Below, piece after piece: positions 32,302 through 34,679 of a stretch of DNA of 34,679 nucleotides (position 1 is its first letter; every line of letters starts with the position of its first letter). Source of the DNA: a virus (Duplodnaviria; Caudoviricetes); IMG/VR virus record IMGVR_UViG_3300027708_000195, positions 1 through 34,679 of that record. One strand, 5' to 3'. Under the pieces are notes generated by a model. The model was not told where the DNA came from, ran no database searches, and saw only the letters and a list, made by a program, of their open reading frames with translations. A program made the translations under genes and the position numbers.

Positions 32302-32558
32302 GCCATCGGGCCTCGTGCCATCAAGCCTTTAGTAGCTGCGCCAGTACCACGGACTTTGATGCCGGTAGTTTTAACATCATCAGCGGCTGGATCACCAGCA
32401 CTGACGCGTTGAGCAGGGGTGTATGGGTTTACGCTTTTAGCAGACAAAGTGTTAGGGTCAACTACGTTTGCTTTTTTATTAGCTTCGCCATGTGGTTGAG
32501 CGTAGAAAGCACCATCGCCAACTTCTTTGCCCATCATTTTTTTACTGAAAGTAGCCAT
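32298..32558 (-). CDS. Small basic protein (RGxGAAxKG motif)
   Basis: 86 aa with C-terminal GIKVRGTGAATKG; overlaps both neighbours. Confidence 0.68.
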   Translation of the reverse strand: MATFSKKMMGKEVGDGAFYAQPHGEANKKANVVDPNTLSAKSVNPYTPAQRVSAGDPAADDVKTTGIKVRGTGAATKGLMARGPMA

Positions 32559-32764
32559 TATTTGCCCCTTTGGTTTGCGACACGAGCCATGTTACGACCC
32601 ATAGACTTCATCATCTCGCCAGTCACGCCGCCCTTTTTGAGCTTCAAAGAAGTGCCTTTGCCGCCCTTGTGTTCTTGCATATCATGTTGCTTGAAGGCCT
32701 TTTTGATAAGGGCTTTGTCTTGCGCCATGTCAGCTTTACCAGATTCCATTTTTGCCATTTTCAA
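32558..32764 (-). CDS. Small Lys/Met-rich protein
   Basis: 68 aa with D.AQDK..IKKA..QH...H, LKKGG and GRNMARV.NQ. Confidence 0.68.
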   Translation of the reverse strand: MKMAKMESGKADMAQDKALIKKAFKQHDMQEHKGGKGTSLKLKKGGVTGEMMKSMGRNMARVANQRGK

Positions 32765-32767
32765 CTC

Positions 32768-33196
32768 CTAAGTTGTTGCTACCGTAACTGTACCAAGTTG
32801 TACAACCAAATTCAAATTATTTGGCGTCAACGCTGCGTCAAAACTGCTTGCCCCACCAACAGGATTCCAACCCCATTGGAAGATTCGGCTACCACCTTGG
32901 GGTGTTCCAGTACCAGTCGGCCCAGTGCCACCATCCACATTTGTTTGCAATCCACTTGTTCCAGAAATTACATAACTTCTGTCAGGTCTTGGATTTCTCA
33001 GAGCTTGTGGGTCATCCACAGGCCACATACCCAACTGCAACTGCGGATGATCTGGGTCCCAGCACTCTGGGCACACCAACAAGTTGTAGTTCTTAGTCTT
33101 GATGATCTCAGTCTTTAGAACCTTTAACTTGAACCGTTGACCGCAACGGTCACATTCCGAAATCGCATTCTTGCCAGAAGCAAAACGATTACCCAC
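32768..33196 (-). CDS. Zn-ribbon (CxxC...CxxC) morphogenesis protein
   Basis: 142 aa, GTG start; CDRC, CPEC, DHPQL and DPQALRNPRPD. Confidence 0.75.
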   Translation of the reverse strand: MGNRFASGKNAISECDRCGQRFKLKVLKTEIIKTKNYNLLVCPECWDPDHPQLQLGMWPVDDPQALRNPRPDRSYVISGTSGLQTNVDGGTGPTGTGTPQGGSRIFQWGWNPVGGASSFDAALTPNNLNLVVQLGTVTVATT

Positions 33197-33198
33197 GA

Positions 33199-34149
33199 CT
33201 ACCTCCCAATGTAGGTCTGTCTAGGAACCAAACGTAATGCTGCTTTCTCATGATCTTCGTACGCGGCAAGTTCCCATGCCTCGTCATATTGCTGTTTCAA
33301 CATACCAATACGCTCCATACCTTGCGGTACTTTGCCAGCAATGTAGTACGACAGGCCAGCCGCCATACAAGGAATAAATCTAAACGGCACGTCCATGATG
33401 TTCACACCGCCACCTGCATCTTGAGTGCGACGCAAACGCCAGTAAGCAAACGTATATTGCTGTGCACTATCGGGAGTAGGCCAAACTGTTATGGCTGGGA
33501 CTTGTTGCCAGTACACAGGGATAGTGTTACCACCAGTATGACTTGCGGCAATCGTGTTTTGTTGTCCACGGAAGCAGTTATACAGCGTGCCTGTAACAGC
33601 ATTTGTATCTTGCGTGATATAGCTGTAATTGATAATCTCGTTATCAATCTTTACAAACCCAGATGCGGGTAAACCCGTAACATCATTTAACACGATTGAG
33701 GTGGATGTACTTGTGATTGTTGTGGTTAGCGTAGAGGCTACAGGCGAAGTCTGCCCGTTGTAGCGCTGAATCCAAACCTGAATAGGTCTGGCTTGCTGAA
33801 TCTTATTTGGTATCGTAGCGTAGGTAGAGACGCTAATACGGGTAATTGTTAAGTCCGCTTGAGTAGCCGTATTGTTGGCTCCTGTGCGGATTAGGTGCTC
33901 AAGGAGGTCAATAGTGTCGTTTGGTAGCGGGTAGGTATTCTGACCCTGAACTAACGTAATAGTGCCCGGCTCGATAGTCCATAGGTTGATACCACGGTTT
34001 GCCCAATCAGCAAACATGATATTAAGACTACGACGTGCGGTACGCAAATCATAGCCCGTACGCATCTCACTACCAGCGCGTTCGAACGCCTCCTCGACCA
34101 ACTCAGAAAGGTCAAGGTTAAATCCAAATTCGCCGGAGGTTTTTGCCAT
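33199..34149 (-). CDS. Head-tail adaptor / tail tubular A-like protein with an inserted beta domain
   Basis: 316 aa with EEAFERAG, ARRSLN....WANRG.NLW, Y..IPNK...RP, WPTPD and P.RF.PC..AGL.YY. Confidence 0.7.
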   Translation of the reverse strand: MAKTSGEFGFNLDLSELVEEAFERAGSEMRTGYDLRTARRSLNIMFADWANRGINLWTIEPGTITLVQGQNTYPLPNDTIDLLEHLIRTGANNTATQADLTITRISVSTYATIPNKIQQARPIQVWIQRYNGQTSPVASTLTTTITSTSTSIVLNDVTGLPASGFVKIDNEIINYSYITQDTNAVTGTLYNCFRGQQNTIAASHTGGNTIPVYWQQVPAITVWPTPDSAQQYTFAYWRLRRTQDAGGGVNIMDVPFRFIPCMAAGLSYYIAGKVPQGMERIGMLKQQYDEAWELAAYEDHEKAALRLVPRQTYIGR

Positions 34150-34151
34150 GA

Positions 34152-34322
34152 TTACTCGTCAGAGGTTTTAGCTTTTTTAGCTTTGGGGACTTCTACGGGG
34201 GCATTCATCTTGTCAATCAATGCTTGGACTTCATCGGTGATGTGTCCTTGATTAGTTGATTGAACTTCGCCCAAACAGTTAAGCGCTGCTTTGATTAGTG
34301 CCAATTCGTCATCGTTAAACAT
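34152..34322 (-). CDS. 56-aa hypothetical protein (not in ORF track)
   Basis: Hand translation: MFNDDELALIKAALNCLGEVQSTNQGHITDEVQALIDKMNAPVEVPKAKKAKTSDE. SD AAGGA upstream; fills the gap. Confidence 0.7.
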   Translation of the reverse strand: MFNDDELALIKAALNCLGEVQSTNQGHITDEVQALIDKMNAPVEVPKAKKAKTSDE

Positions 34323-34330
34323 AGTTTTCC

Positions 34331-34516
34331 TTACTTTTTAAAACTTTTAAGGGTCTGGGCTAGACGAGCTCTTTGACCCATCTTGCCGGGGGCTTTGGCG
34401 GCTTTTGCTAACAACTTTGGAGAGATCGGGTTCTTCGGATTCTTTGGGTTAATACCTAAAGACTTCCGCAAAGCTCCGGGCTTCTTGATTGCTTTCTGTA
34501 TCCACTGTTCAGCCAT
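34331..34516 (-). CDS. Small highly basic protein (WIQ.AIK.PGAL...RARLA.TL type)
   Basis: 61 aa, Lys-rich, with an internal NPKNPKNP micro-repeat. Confidence 0.75.
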   Translation of the reverse strand: MAEQWIQKAIKKPGALRKSLGINPKNPKNPISPKLLAKAAKAPGKMGQRARLAQTLKSFKK

Positions 34517-34679
34517 TATCTAAACCCCGCTGTTTTCTTTGCAATAGTTTTTGGTTGCGCTACGAATTGCTTCCCGGCTTTTTTGCCAGCACGCTTCGCA
34601 CGTGTTGTAGCAGCGTACTCAGCAGGGCTGAGACTTTTGATCGCAGCTTCTGGAAGGTAGCGCTCACCTGTTTTACTAG
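34516..34679 (-). CDS. Small basic protein, 5'-truncated (TGERYLP motif, DUF5872-related)
   Basis: Hand translation: ...SKTGERYLPEAAIKSLSPAEYAATTRAKRAGKKAGKQFVAQPKTIAKKTAGFR. TAATG overlap with the next gene. Confidence 0.72.
   Translation of the reverse strand, partial: SKTGERYLPEAAIKSLSPAEYAATTRAKRAGKKAGKQFVAQPKTIAKKTAGFR

Larger units (their letters stand above)
1..34679. mobile_element. Tailed dsDNA bacteriophage genome fragment (podovirus-like; end of replication arm converging on the virion/lysis/ejection arm)
   Basis: Contains a primase-helicase, GH24 endolysin, holin-like gene, many fibre-like proteins, a tail nozzle-like protein and a giant ejection-type protein. Genes are packed with ATGA/TAATG overlaps. 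No sheath, tape-measure, integrase or host housekeeping genes seen. Confidence 0.95.

Noticed and set aside
2882-33672. Numerous + strand ORFs antisense to the virion arm (e.g. 3347-3844, 9053-9496, 32570-33118)
   Set aside because: They are antisense shadows of long genes, with no recognisable motifs; poly-Pro products mirror poly-Gly codons.
1-34679. Stop-codon reassignment, introns/inteins, tRNA genes
   Set aside because: Genes tile fully under the standard code using TAA, TGA and TAG; no intein-like motifs or tRNA-sized gaps were seen.

Overview
The window is a gene-dense fragment of a tailed dsDNA phage genome, most likely a podovirus-type phage; no integrase, att site or host gene is visible. 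The + strand holds only the end of the replication arm: a 5'-truncated primase-helicase (AEP/RepB-type primase, Cys4 region, DUF927 and P-loop) and a 64-aa gene. These are followed by an intrinsic terminator and a possible small RNA. Everything from 2908 to the end is one tightly coupled - strand morphogenesis arm. In transcription order it encodes small basic proteins, head-tail adaptors, about ten tail fibre/adhesin genes with small partner proteins, a lysis cassette, the tail nozzle and the DNA-ejection module. The ejection module is the most unusual part. (1) A cysteine-free 2966-aa polyvalent protein carries an ADP-ribosyltransferase-like motif set, two HExxH metallopeptidase sites, a low-GC GHKL (Hsp90/MORC-like) ATPase module and a PLxRFG/LPD39-type C-terminus. 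(2) Two small genes appear to be hidden inside it in the +1 frame, each with a strong Shine-Dalgarno site and each lying in a linker beside an effector domain. (3) A 160-aa DDxxD (isoprenyl-transferase-like) gene is wedged between two cysteine-free ejection proteins. All functional calls come from motif recognition by eye; no database search was run.
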